Shown here: positions 1 through 12,900 of the stretch, piece after piece | Numbering within the stretch: the stretch's first letter is position 1 | Layout of the letters: the number at the start of each line of letters is the position of its first letter | Assembly (NCBI RefSeq): GCF_001194135.2 | Contig: NC_068985.1 | Location: forward strand, 21,906,750-21,970,749 | DNA length: 64,000 nucleotides | Source of the DNA: Octopus bimaculoides | Taxonomy: Eukaryota | Reading direction: 5' to 3' | Notes under the pieces: generated by a model | Databases searched by the model: none | What the model saw: only the letters and a program-made list of their open reading frames with translations | Told to the model about the DNA's origin: nothing | Program-made: the position numbers and the translations under genes

Positions 1-1089
1 TAGGTAGAGTCTAAATAGAGAAAACTATGCATGCTTATAAAGTAACTACACCTTTAAGTTCAGCAAATTCACCAGTTAAAGCTGCTGAAATGAGCAGCCT
101 TAAACTAAAAGCCATAAACTATTCATGAGGTACACTGGAATTAGTGCATACATTCTGATATCTAGATAATGTGTGCAAATTCAGTGACTGAAGTTAAAGG
201 AAGTAGCTTAAAAATGTAGCTGTGTAGAGATTGTGCAAGGCATATGTAACACATGTAATGTATGTCAGGGGAAAATGGCCAGTAAATAAGAGTTGTTTAG
301 AGACTATAGAGGAATAAATTAAATATCAATCATTGGATGTTTATTTGGGCATTTTTTTTTTTAATAGCTTACTCTAAAGTGAAATGGGTGAACCCATAGT
401 TCTCTTCAGAGCCACCAAATCTGGAAGAGCCACCTTCAAACTGGAGACCCAGCCTGAATGCTGGCAACAGAGGAAACTCTTGCTAAAATACTCAAGACCC
501 AGATGGTGGTGTTAAACCAAGTGACAAATGCTAATTTAAGAAAATACCAGTTCATATTAGTTGAGAAAGTAATTAAACATATTGTACAGGGGATGTTTAA
601 AGAAGAAATGATCCTATTGGTATGTATATTTAATTTGAAGAGATGAAAAGATGTCCATGGTAATCATAGAATAATGGAAATTTAGGAAGAGAAATTTGAA
701 AGAAACTAAAGAATGAGTCATACAGGCACAAGAATCAGGTTCAGTGGAGCCTGATATGGCACTTGCTACATCACATATAGGAAAATAGATATCACAACAG
801 AATGTGTGTGTATGTGTGCGCGTGCGTGTGTGTGTGTGAAAGACAGGGGGCGTGGGGGGGGGGAATAATCATCATCACCATCATTTTAACATCTGTTTTC
901 TGTGCTAGTGTAAGTTGGACAAGTCTGCACTATGGCATATCATCACTTATCTCAGTTGTTTTCTATCTTGTCTATGAGCCCAATATCAGGAAATATAACC
1001 TTGCCATTCCTTTTTCATGTCTTCCTTGGTCTTCTTCTGCCACTTGTATTTTCCATATTGAACAGGCAGGTAAAGTGTAACTGTCCCTT

Positions 1090-1403
1090 GCAAGCAAGTA
1101 TGACTTGATAGCATGTACCATGCTTTCAATAATAGTTTTAGGAGCCTATGTAGTTGCAAGCAGATACAGACACCTTCTTGGTTCTGCGAGCCACGATCCA
1201 GTAGAATAGCTAGCTAGGATGTGACATTTAGAGAGAGAGAGGGCTGCATGAGCACTTGGTACTTCATTTCAGTTGAATAAACTGGAATGATATGAAATGA
1301 ACTACCTTCCTCAGGACCCAATGTACCATCTGGTCCAGGTATTGAACTCATAATGTTATAATAGTGAAGCCAACACTCCAACTACTAGACTGTGTACCTC
1401 CAC
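1090..1403 (-). mobile_element. Degenerate tRNA-derived SINE (family C)
   Basis: Seen: minus strand begins gtggaggtacacagtctagtagttggag with B-box-like gagttcaatacc (1338-1349). Confidence 0.6.
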
Positions 1404-2080
1404 ACTTTGAGTATATCATTTTTTCAAACAGCAATCCTTTTCCATCCATATTACATCTGCAACACTTGACTTTCATTCAAGTTAATGATATACATTTGAC
1501 AAATTATGCTCACCATACTTCTCTTCATTTTTTACAGATTTTATTCATTTAATACCCATCACTTACAAAGTATGTGACATGATAGAGTTTAAATATCTTT
1601 CATACAACCAGCCTTTTACATAAATACAAAGAAAATGCAGTCAATACACAAAGATATTTTCATAAAATGCCATAATGAGTGAAAAGAAATATCAAATTAT
1701 AGAAAATTTGGAAAATGTTTCTATTTAGAATTTTTATAAGTATTTAAATAGATTCACACACAGATGCAAGAAACACGCACAAATGCATACACACAAACAC
1801 ATACAAACTCACTCACACACACACAATTTGGAAATTACAATATAACTAATCATTAATTTTGTAATTATTCTGAGAATGCAAAATAAATAGACATATCTAT
1901 TATTTCTTGGCATAATTATACAAAAATTTCATATTGTTCTGCTCTTGAAAATTCAGTAAAATGTATATGCTGAGATACAGGATGAAAATTCTTTCATAGC
2001 AGACATCATTTATTTTAACATAATAAAGATATGGAATGGCAATTCTTTGTCGTCTGGCTATTTAATTAGAATAAAAAAGC

Positions 2081-2128
<48 letters not shown>

Positions 2129-2270
2129 GGAGAGGAAAAAATGCTCTTGATGTATTTCTGAACTGCTGTCTTGTACAGTAAAGGTCAAGCCTTATTAAAG
2201 AATACATTTTCTCTCTTGGGGGAAATTCGCAGGAAATTCCTATTCAGGTCCCATTAAATCCATTTTAGAT

Positions 2271-2301
<31 letters not shown>

Positions 2302-4004
2302 GGGGAATTAGCTGAATGCTACATCATTCATAATTATAGGTGAATCTGAAGAACATTTGCTGGAAAGTAAAAGATAGAATGTAACTTGAGGGATGTGAGC
2401 TTCTGAAAGAAAGCTATCATTTACACTGTTTTGTGGTATTGGGGACAGTAAATGAGCTTGGATTGTGTGCTAAAATGAGAAATCAATAGAATAGTAAAAG
2501 AATTGGGAATGGATATCCTGACTCTACAAAATAATATAAATGATGTGAATATCAATAAATTTTGTTTTCTGTTTCTTCTTTCTTCAAAATCACCATTATA
2601 TGATCTGCAATGATATTATTTTTGCAATCATTGAACTTAAATAGTTTTGTGGCTGACATACCAAAAAGAAACAAAGGAGATCACTTTATAAATAAAACAT
2701 GTTCTTCTTAATGTTTCATTCCTGTTTATTCATTTTGTCTACTAATTCTGTTTTTATAAACCACAGTATTGCAGAATGTGTTGTAGTCTCAACGTAGAAT
2801 GAAATAATACATATCCAGTCTATAGACATGTGACTAGCTCCTAAAGCTTCAAATTGCTATCTCAATGCAAGGTTTTGATTGACAAGACTGGGATATTGCT
2901 TAGGTGGTTGGCAACAATGTTGGTTTTTTTATTTTTTATTTTATTCAATGAATTTGTTCTGAAAAAAAATGTATGAGGAATTTGTTCTTTAAGCCTTGTT
3001 CAACCTTGATTGAGCAAACCTCTAGTTAAGATGTTCAAGCCATGACCATCCCATATTATTCCTAATGTGCAAGGAATCCAAGTACATATCCAATGAGTCA
3101 TATTTTTTTAAAACAACAAAGTAAAATTTGAGGAAGATTTGACTACTATTTTTACCAAGTTGAGTAACAGATAGAAGTTCTCACATTAGCTCATGATGCT
3201 AATGATTTAAAGTGATATAATTCAAAGTGATATAATGTGTATTCAATTAATATTCATATATCTTTTATACAAGATTCCCTTTAAGGAGATATCAGCATTC
3301 TGGTTTCTCAGTGAAGCAAGTTCAAAGATTCTTCAAAACAATACATTCTAATTGTTTTTCTAAAATTTAAATAACAATTTCTTAATTTGTTATAAATATT
3401 TGAATAACAGTAAGGAAGAGGAATTGGAAAGTGTAGCATTTGTGCTTCTATCAATTAAATCAATACAGTGAAATCAATATAACTTCAAATCAAAATTAAT
3501 CCATAAATTCTATTTATCAACAACTTACTGCTGCACTCTCTGAGCTTAATAAAACACTACACCATACAGTTTATGACATAATATATTACATATATGTAAA
3601 CATTCTTAATCTCAATGTGAAGAGTGATGCTATGGGTTAAAATTAAAGATTATGTGATCAGAAGCTAGACAATTTCAAATCATTTAAGCTTCATCTCAGG
3701 TTCAAGTTATATGAATTGTATGTAAGTGGAGGGGAAATAGTCAATGTTCATACTGTTTTCTTTTTTAACAACACTAAAATGTCAATAGATTTCTGCAGGG
3801 AGTTAGTAATAAGGATTTATTTTCACTGGGAGTAGGATTAATCATAATGTAAGAGATGAAATTCATTCAAGTGTATTACTGTTACTTATTTCAATATTTC
3901 CAGAGGAATGAAAAATTAAATTGTCACTGGTAGATTTTTAATTAAGGACATAGAAAAAATAATATAAAACATTGTATACTAGCAAACTAGGTTTTTACTA
4001 TCTC

Positions 4005-4051
<47 letters not shown>

Positions 4052-4200
4052 AATTCATTACTTAAATACAAAGTCAACTTTCAATAGGGAGAAATATATT
4101 TTAAAAATAATTTCAGTACTCAATTACTAATTATTTTATAGACTCTCTAAGGATAAAAATCCAAGTTGATAAGCTCAGCAAAGAATTTGATACTGCAAAT

Positions 4201-5041
4201 CAATGTTTCTCAACCTGGGACCATAGCAAGTTCAGTGGGGTCACAGAAAAATTTGGGAATTAAGAGCAAGGGCACAACTAACACTGTCTCTTTTTAAAAT
4301 TCTTCTATTACTGTCTCTAATTCTTTAAGATTTACATACAAAAACCTACATACGCACACATATATCCAATACATTTTCTTAAATTCCTTCATGACAAAAA
4401 AAAAAAAATTTTCATTTGACACCTTGATAATAATTTACCATTGATGAATAAAGTGTTAAGTTGGCATTGGAAAATCTTGTTTGAATTAAATATTATGTTA
4501 CTGCTTTGAAGTTCATTCATCTAAAGTTCATACATTTAGTGCCAATCTCCAAGGATAATTGTTTGCATCACTTTGTTGAACTTTGGGAGAATAGTCATGT
4601 TTCTGAATAATAAGTTGCTTGGAGAAGAAATCCAAATAATATCTAAAGCAAGAGTTCTCAACCATATTTTATCTATAGACCCCTTTGATTACTATTTTAT
4701 TCTGGTGGACTCCCATAGCCATTTGATGTTTAAAAACTAGTTTTATAGAAACTTCTTTCAAAATTCCTATTTCGTTTTTCACTCATTAACTTGTGTAGGT
4801 TGAACAATGAAAAAGAAACCTAGCTGTCTCTTGTAATACATACAGATACATACATCTAAAGCAAAGGTTTTTCAGGGACCCTTGAAATACAATTATGAAT
4901 CCCTATTTACTATTTTGTTGTGTGGACACCCCAAAATCTTATATGGACCCTGGTGAGAAACACTGGTCAAAAGGGGCACAGATAAATGCAAGACTCTAAG
5001 GAGGCAGGTAGGTATAAGCCAATCAAAGTTTGGAACCACTG
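4201..5041. mobile_element. Non-autonomous hAT (Charlie-like) element hosting a second MITE
   Basis: Seen: TIRs caatgtttctcaacc / agtttggaaccactg (10/15), flanks ctgcaaat / ctgtaaat (7/8 TSD). Confidence 0.55.
4649..4965. mobile_element. hAT-Charlie MITE, copy 1
   Basis: Seen: aligns along its length with 19581-19930; termini caagagttctcaacc / ggtgagaaacactg; flanks atctaaag / gtcaaaag (6/8). Confidence 0.85.
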
Positions 5042-5081
5042 CTGTAAATCATCTCTCAGCTCTAAATACAAACTCCATTAA

Positions 5082-5303
5082 CCCTTTCATTACCAACCCG
5101 GCTGAAACCGGCTCTGGCTCTGTAGTACAAATGTCATGTTTTCATAAGTTTTGAATTAAAATCTTCCACCAAACCTTAGTCACAATTTATGTTCCTATCA
5201 CTAGCTGAATGATAACTAAGTTATTTTATTAAATTCTTTGTTATATTTAAAATTAATTGAAAGAAGCACAGAGCATCTCAAAATAAATACAGTAACGAAA
5301 GGG
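5082..5303. mobile_element. piggyBac-like TTAA MITE (family 1)
   Basis: Seen: TTAA on both sides, TIR ccctttcattac / gtaacgaaaggg (11/12); related copies at about 28727, 31489 and 61949. Confidence 0.85.
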
Positions 5304-5596
5304 TTAATGTTGATTTTACTTTCTTTGATTCAAAGGTAATAGAATAAATATCAGTAATATATTTGAGCTAATTTGATCACTTGCACTCTTCTACAAATAT
5401 CAATCGTGTTCATATTCAGTGGGGACTTAGAACATTCATTCAACATTATTCTTACAAGGATACAAACCTATAAATTTATGTGGCATAGAAGGAATATAGT
5501 ATATTGATTTGGCTTTGTGTACACCAAGTAATTACTTTATTTTTTATAATCCAGGTGAAGTCAACCTCAGTGGAATTTCAACTTTACAATATAGGA

Positions 5597-6144
5597 CAGG
5601 GTTTCCCAAAATGCCATTTTGTACCCTGAAGGGGGCTATGACAAAAATGAAAAGTATACATTTTATTAAAATTCCTTTTCACAATAAAATTAGTTGAACA
5701 AATTATGACCAAGAACAGTGTCCTTATTTCATTTGTAATGACTTGTGTGAATCTGGATTCAGTTCTCTTTTGTCAATCAAGACAAACTATAGGAATTGCC
5801 TGAATCCACAGGCAGAGTTATGGATCAAAATCAGTAAGGAAACAAAGAAGACATTGAATTTTACATTCGTAATTGTGATTGATTTCACTGTTAACAGGTT
5901 TTTTTTTTCTAATTATCCAATTTGCCTCTTACAACACACTGAGTCAAAACTTATTTTTTGAGTTGAGTTTGTTTACTCACAGTATTTTACGTGATTCAAT
6001 TGAAAAACAAAGAAAATAAAAGATTAGTTATTAGAAAACTGACTTATTGATCTGCAAATGTGATATTACTTTTGCAGTGAGTGCAAACATTAATCAAACA
6101 TTTCCTAGGGCTATGAAGCATAAAAAAAAGTTTGGGGACCATGG
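5597..6144 (+). mobile_element. Internally deleted hAT-Charlie/Buster element with transposase C-terminal fragment
   Basis: Seen: CESGFSSLLSIKTNYRNCLNPQAEL (from 5743), TIRs cagggtttcccaaa / tttggggaccatgg, flanks atatagga / atatagaa (7/8). Knowledge: the CExxFS motif carries the catalytic Glu of hAT transposases. Confidence 0.8.
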
Positions 6145-7809
6145 ATATAGAACTCAAGATAGAGAGAAGTAAAATAAATTAAATTCTGCCAGAAATGATA
6201 AAAATTTTAAAACTTTGGTGTAAATCCAGATATTTCAAATAGTTGAATCAACTGATCCAATATCTGACTGGTACTATCTTTTTGACCTTTGAAGGATGAA
6301 AAGTAAAGAAAACCTTTGTGAGATTTGAACTGAATGCAATAGCATTTTTGTTTGACACTGTGTTTCTGCTACAAATAATAAGGACAAAATAACAGCATGA
6401 TATATATGTAAGGGAAAAACAGCAACAATAACAACACTAATAAAACAATAAAGTGAGCAATGTAATAAAAGAGAAATCATTTCAAACATAAACCTCAAAA
6501 GAAATTATCTTTAAACACCTAGAAAACAAATGATAAAATAACAAGTCTACCCGACCCAACTCCACAGCCTCTGTTCTTAGCTGTCTTTTGAATTACTTGC
6601 AATCAAGATTTAATCCAAATAATATCATGGTTGAAAGGACAATACTTAGCAGCAAGGGTATCAGTGAAGTGTAGGGGTGACTGCTGGAAAAACAAACACA
6701 GTGCAGAGAGATAGATATAAGAGAGGAAGGGGGAAAAAAAGAAGAAAAAAAAAAATGAATGAAAGAGAGAGGGGGAGGGAGATAGTGTGTGTTTGTATGG
6801 GTGGTATTTTTTGTTGAATGAGCACTGATGTGGAAGACCAGTAACTAGTCTGCAGAGTTGATTTAGCCAGTAGGCATCATGTTTACAGTAATGGAATTTC
6901 CCTAACCCTGACTATACTATCTCCCTCTTCCTCTTCCTTCTATGCCATCCAGCCAGCCATTGCCTTTTATTTATTTATTATTTTTTTTTCCAGATGAAGA
7001 ATTCTATTTTAATTTTGGTTTACTCCATCTCATTCCCATAATATTTTTTTAAAGTGGCACAGCAATCAACCAGAGATCAATTTTAAATGGAAACAACTAA
7101 ATTAAATAAACAGCCACCAGAACAAACATTATATTAACATTTTAGAGATCCTTTATATGTACTATAGGTAAAAAAAAAAAAAAAATCAAAAAAAGAAAAA
7201 GAAAAATAGTTACAAATAAAGAAAACAAAATGTGTAATAATAATAAAGACAGCAATAACTTAGTCATGAGGTCAAATCTTGACCAGAGGTTACTTTCAAT
7301 GGATTATCAAATATTACAACTTAATCATGAGTCATATTGCTTCCCCTTTCCCTCCCAACTCTTACTCACACACACAAACAAACATTCAAATACTAAATAA
7401 CTAATCTATTTCTAATCTGTTCTTACAGCTGTTTATTCAATTCATACATGTTTATTGTGTAGTCAATCTACTTAGAGACATATGAAATAAAACATGAGGT
7501 GTTCACTTTCATTTTTATAAATGATATATACAAAATATATGGAGGTAATGCAGGCAGTCGAGGGTCAATAAAATTAATATTAGTAATAAACTGGAAGTGA
7601 TTAAATCGATAATGAACTCCCCACCCCCTGCTACCCCACTTCCTACAAAAATTGGTCTTGAGTTTGGTCAGAAGAAATCAATGCCTTTAAAATCAAAGTC
7701 AAATGAGTCAAATCAAATGGAAGTAAAATATAAAAAGCAACAAATAACTTGAAAATGATGACTCAAACAAGGCTTATTTGTGAAATCATTATTATTATTT
7801 AAATCATCA

Positions 7810-8022
7810 AGGCGGCGAGCTGGCAGAAACGTTAGCACGCCAAGTGAAATGCTTAGCGGTATTTCATCTGTCTTTATGTTCTGAGTTCAAATTCCGCCGA
7901 GGTCAACTTTGCCTTTCATCCTTTCGGGGTTGATAAATTAAGTACCAGTTGCATACTGGGGTCGATCTAATCGACTGGTATCCTCCCCCAAAATTTCAGG
8001 CCTTGTGCCCAGTGTAGAAAAG
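7810..8022 (+). mobile_element. Young tRNA-derived SINE (family A)
   Basis: Seen: A-box-like tggcagaaacg, B-box gagttcaaattcc, body gcctttcatcctttcggggttgataaattaagtaccag, CpGs retained, flanked by attatttaaatcatca / attatttagatcatca (15/16 TSD). Older copies at about 8395-8610(+), 23409-23590(+), 24163-24362(-), 27265-27490(+), 6255-6335(-). Confidence 0.9.
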
Positions 8023-8032
8023 ATTATTTAGA

Positions 8033-8222
8033 TCATCATCATTAGCAGCAGCAGTGTTATCATTTATCAGCTGTCTTCTATACTGGCATGGGTTAGATGG
8101 TTTGACAGAATCTAATAAGTTGGAAGACTTAAGTTCTGCTCCAATGTCTGCTTTGGTACAGTTTCTAAAGCTGGATGCCCTTCCTAATGCCGTCCTGTCT
8201 ACAGAGTGTACTGGATACTTTT
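8033..8222 (-). mobile_element. RTE-type 3' tail fragment
   Basis: Seen: gctggatgcccttcctaatgcc is the reverse complement of the RTE 3' UTR at 22878-22905; (CAT)n tail. Similar at about 11290-11420(-) and 40440-40690(+). Confidence 0.75.
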
Positions 8223-8610
8223 TTTGTTTTTGTGGCACCAATAATTGTGAGGTCTCTTTGCGGCTTGCAAGACTAAGGGCCAAAAGTGGCTCCTATAACT
8301 GAAGAAGAGAAAAGAGAAGCTGCGATGATTCTAGGTTGGGTGATGAGGAGGGATAGGGTAAGATGAAAGGCACTGCTTCATAGTTGTGAGAGCATGGTAA
8401 CAGAGAGGTTTGAATTGTTAGCATACCAGACAAAATACTTAGCAGCATTTCATCCATTTTTACATTCTTAGCTCAAATGCTATCTAAATCAAATTTGCCT
8501 TTCATCTTTTGGAGTCAATGATATAAGTACCAGATGAGCACTGGAGTCGATGTAATTGATTAGCCTTCTCCCCTAAAATTTCAGGCCTTGTGCTTATAAG
8601 AAAAAAAAAT

Positions 8611-8653
8611 CCTCCTCCTCCTCCTCCTCCTCCTCATCATCATCATCATCACC

Positions 8654-8690
<37 letters not shown>

Positions 8691-8698
8691 TAATAATC
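8611..8698. repeat. Compound trinucleotide microsatellite (CCT)n(CAT)n(AAT)n
   Basis: Seen directly. Confidence 0.95.
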
Positions 8699-9606
8699 AC
8701 AAAAATGTTGGCACTCTAAACAGTAGAAAATACTTGGTAATATCATTTTGGCCATAAACAAGAAATTGGTTGTAGTCCCATAGATACAAACAAGTAAATA
8801 TTAGTATTTCTTTTCATTTGTACAAAGTATTAATAAATGATTTTGACAGATCATTCAAAGAGCCCTACTTACTCCCCATCCATTTCTGGGTAATTTCCTC
8901 CTTGAAACTTCAACCCTAATTATCTTATTCTAAGTTGATTTGTCTTCCCCTCTGTCACTGTTATCATCAATCATCAGTCCTACACACTGACTCAGTTTGT
9001 TTTATCTATTAATCTCCACAAGCTCAGACCACTGCAGTTTCTTTCTTTCTTTCTTTTTTTTTAATAGTTGGCTATTCAATAATTCTTAATTCTTGTTGAT
9101 ACTGAATTCATTCCATTCTCTTTGTTCCTGCTGTATATTTGATGAAGCATATTCATTTGTTTAACTTCTTTTTCAGAAGTTAATACTGTTCTGCATCGTT
9201 TCTTGTCTGCTACCTTTTACTTGTAGGGAGATACCTCTAAGTGATTTTTTTCTTTTTGTGATCATTTGTTATATGAGCTATTTCTTTCTTAAGCCACTTT
9301 AATAACAGCAGCTATATTTGTTGTAATTGGTGTTCTTTGGCAGTAAACAAAACATTTTTTTCATAATGACTTGAAGAACTTGAAAAGTTAGAAATATAGC
9401 TGTATCTTTTAGAAACCTATAATGTACAATAATATTACTAACAGTCAAGTAGGAATATGTCTATACTATGTACATATGTATAATAAACAAGACTACATTT
9501 CTGTAAAATGTCATCAGTACTTTAGCTCTACGATCTTCCACTAAATATAGAAAAGAAAATATTTTCTGTATCCAACATACACAAACGAGTCTATTTAATT
9601 AAAAAT

Positions 9607-9912
9607 AGCCATCTACTGTGTATACATCAAGTATGATACTGTATCATACTTAAAGTATACACAATGCTGATAGGCCAGTTACTGCAGTATTTTTCCTGAG
9701 ATAACATTTCTCATGGCCTTGTTAAGTTACAAATTCAATGATTATCAGAGAAGCCAAAATGCATCTGGCACTCTTGCTGGCCACTGATGGAATGAATTTC
9801 GTCTCTCTCTGATATTTTGTTTTAACACAACCAGTCCCTAAGAAACTATTAAATACTGCAGTAACTGACCTACTGACAGTGTGTATACATTAAATATAAT
9901 ACATGGATGGCT
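9607..9912. repeat. Fold-back (long inverted repeat) element
   Basis: Seen: 9656-9692 pairs with 9851-9887 (31/37); outer agccatc/gatggct; internal perfect 11-bp hairpin at 9629-9651. Confidence 0.8.
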
Positions 9913-12900
9913 CTTTTCTGTATACTTAAAAAGACAGAATGGCTCAGAACAGAACCTTCATGAACAACTATATTTTGTTTTGTCTTTTTTACATTAATTG
10001 TTAATTTATCCTATAGCTTTCATCAATGGTATATTCATGTATGAAATCCAGGACTTATTCTATTCCTGTATCTATAATCCCATGTAGTTTACAGTTTCAG
10101 AGTATGACAATTCTGGTGTATATAATAAAGAAATCATATATCCAATATACCTAGTATCTCAAGTATAATATATCTGACAAATGTAATACACAAAGCTTTA
10201 CATATTTTATCTTCTTGTCATCGAATGTTACACATCTAATTCATATACTGCATACATATTGTAGCATATAATTTTTTTTTGAATAAAGCAAAAATTATTT
10301 TGTTGCCAATGATATTTTATTGACACAGGGTATTTACATATCAATACAAGCATTTTAGATTTTTAGTATAAAACAAGCAATTGCTTTCATGTTTAATATT
10401 AGTTTTACCAAACTAGTTTGGGTAAAGAGATTCTATAAACACAGATGTTATTTGTTGCTGTTGTTTGGCTCCATATTAGTTTTTATCAAGCAGACTTCTA
10501 TGATCAAACATGTTCCAGCTCTAACCATCCAGTTTTATTATTTATTTTATGGCATATCTAAGACTACATTATCTATGGTGTCCTTTCTTTAAGACAATAA
10601 TGTGTGGTTTGAGAGAAATATTTTGTCTGCTATTTCTAGTTTGTGGAGAAACTGTGTAGAGGCTCCTTCATTGGCAGTTATGCATAGTTTTCATTCCCAG
10701 TGGTGGATTGAGATTGGAAATTCATTGATTACGAGAGAAAAACACAATATGGCTAGAAGGGTTTATTTATGAACCAGCAAGCATAGCAGCAAATATTTAC
10801 TTCTTATATAGTATGTGTATGTGTACTAACATATAAAGCACACGTGCATGCTAACATAAAAATATTAAGTGTTCAACAGTTGGAAGCAAACATTTAAGTT
10901 AATTATTTCCAAACCTAATCTATAAATACTCTCTTAAACAATGAAAAATAGGTTTGAGTAATTTCTTATGTAAACAGGCAAACAGTGGAATCAATATATA
11001 TACCAATAATGTCAATATTTGTTCACTGTAATAAATTGAGGAAAGAAACAAAATGAAGTAAAAAAAATTAACGTATGAGTAAAGACAAAGCAGTAGCATG
11101 GCTAAGGAGATTGATATACAAACCCCCAGATTATTTTTGGGTTCAGTTCCATTGCATGGCATATGAGCAAGTGTCTTCTACCAATGTCTTTAGGTTAATC
11201 AATACATTGTAAATAGAATTTGGTAGATAGGAACTGTGCAGAATTCCCCTTATATGCTACTACTACTACTACTACTACTACTGCTATGCTGTCATCATCA
11301 TTTTAACATCCACTTTTCCATGCTTGCATGTATCAAGAAGGAATTCATTAAGACAAATTTTCTACAGCTGGATGCCCTTCCTATCACCAATCCTCACCCG
11401 TTTCCAAGCAAGGTAATATTTTTATGGAAAAACGAGAAACAAAGGACTCCACAAATATGATGGCAATGCTCGTTTATAACTATCCTTTGATGTCAAGACA
11501 AGGAATCACAATACACAGCCATACATACGTGCACACACACATACACATACAATAGGTTTCTTCTAGTTTCTCTCTACCAAATCTACTCTCCAAGTTTAGG
11601 TAATCTTGGGACTATAGAAGACACTTGCCCAAGGTACCATGCAGTGGAGCCGAATCTGAAACCACATGGTTGGGAAATTAATTTCTTAAACTTGCAACCA
11701 TGCCTGTGCCATGTTTATATCAACATGGGATGAACAAAAATTAGTACCATCAAACAAAAATACCTTTTGGCATTCATAACCAGTTGAGTGATCTCCTCTT
11801 ACACTAGAGTTCACTTTATATTTGAATCTTACAAGATCAATGAAATAAGTATTGGTCAAGTTGGGATTGATATTAACTAAAGATTCTTGAAAGCAGTGCC
11901 CCAGCATGACTACATTCCAATCACTTGAAAGCTGTAAGAGACTATATGAAGAGAGAATCTAAAATTTACACTGATAAAATCATTTGGTTTCCAATTTTTA
12001 ATAGAAGTATGGTTGAAGTGAAAATGGTTAAAAGAAATCTATAGAGACTTATAGATCATCATAAATCTTTAAGCTCTTTCAAGAGAATGAGAAAATTTAA
12101 AGATTAATTATACACAAATGTTCATTTTATTATGACTAAATAATCTTAAATTTTTATCTTTAGACTACAGAAACCAAGGTCATCTCCAAGAGAAATTATA
12201 AAATGAAGTGTGACAAGATTTATGGAAGTAAAATGTCTATGAGACACAAACTATAATAGAAGCAAGTTTAACCAATCTACTTTTAGGTAATAATGAAATA
12301 AAAATGAAGCAAAATCTTAGTTGTTACAACAGAAATAGAATTATACACTTCTTTAATGCCAGGATAGTTTGGGATATAAAACAGGGATACTCTTCAAAGT
12401 ATAGAAGAAGGAAAATTAATACAATTTATTGATGACACAAAGTTTTACTCTCTGGCAGAATATCAAATGTACTCTTGCAATCTCATTATCTATATCTCAT
12501 TGAGTCTTCACAAAGAGACAAAACAGTTTGGTTTGAGGCCAACATTGTAGTAAATATGAATTTTGGATGAGTTACATATGGTTTTCAGTTTACATTTCAG
12601 TAAGAAAGAATGGGCCAATACCCATTTTGATGAAGCAATAATGAAATAAGAAAGAATAAAGTTTGTTAATTTCAACTGTATACACTTGTTGGTCTTTATG
12701 TATGTATGAGTTCAGATCCTGTTGAGGTCAGTAATGTCTTTCATCCTTTCAAAGGACAGTATCAATGGCATGCAAAGGAGAGATTTGAATGCATAGACAA
12801 TTGCTTGTTTTTCATACAGAAAAAAAAAGAAAAAGAAAAAACTTTGCTCAGACTTGCACCATGAAGAAGAACTTTCCAGGTGTAGATCCATAATCACACA

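Noticed and set aside
7810-7900. tRNA-like A/B boxes here and in other SINE heads
   Set aside because: No complete cloverleaf; they run into SINE bodies, so they are not tRNA genes.
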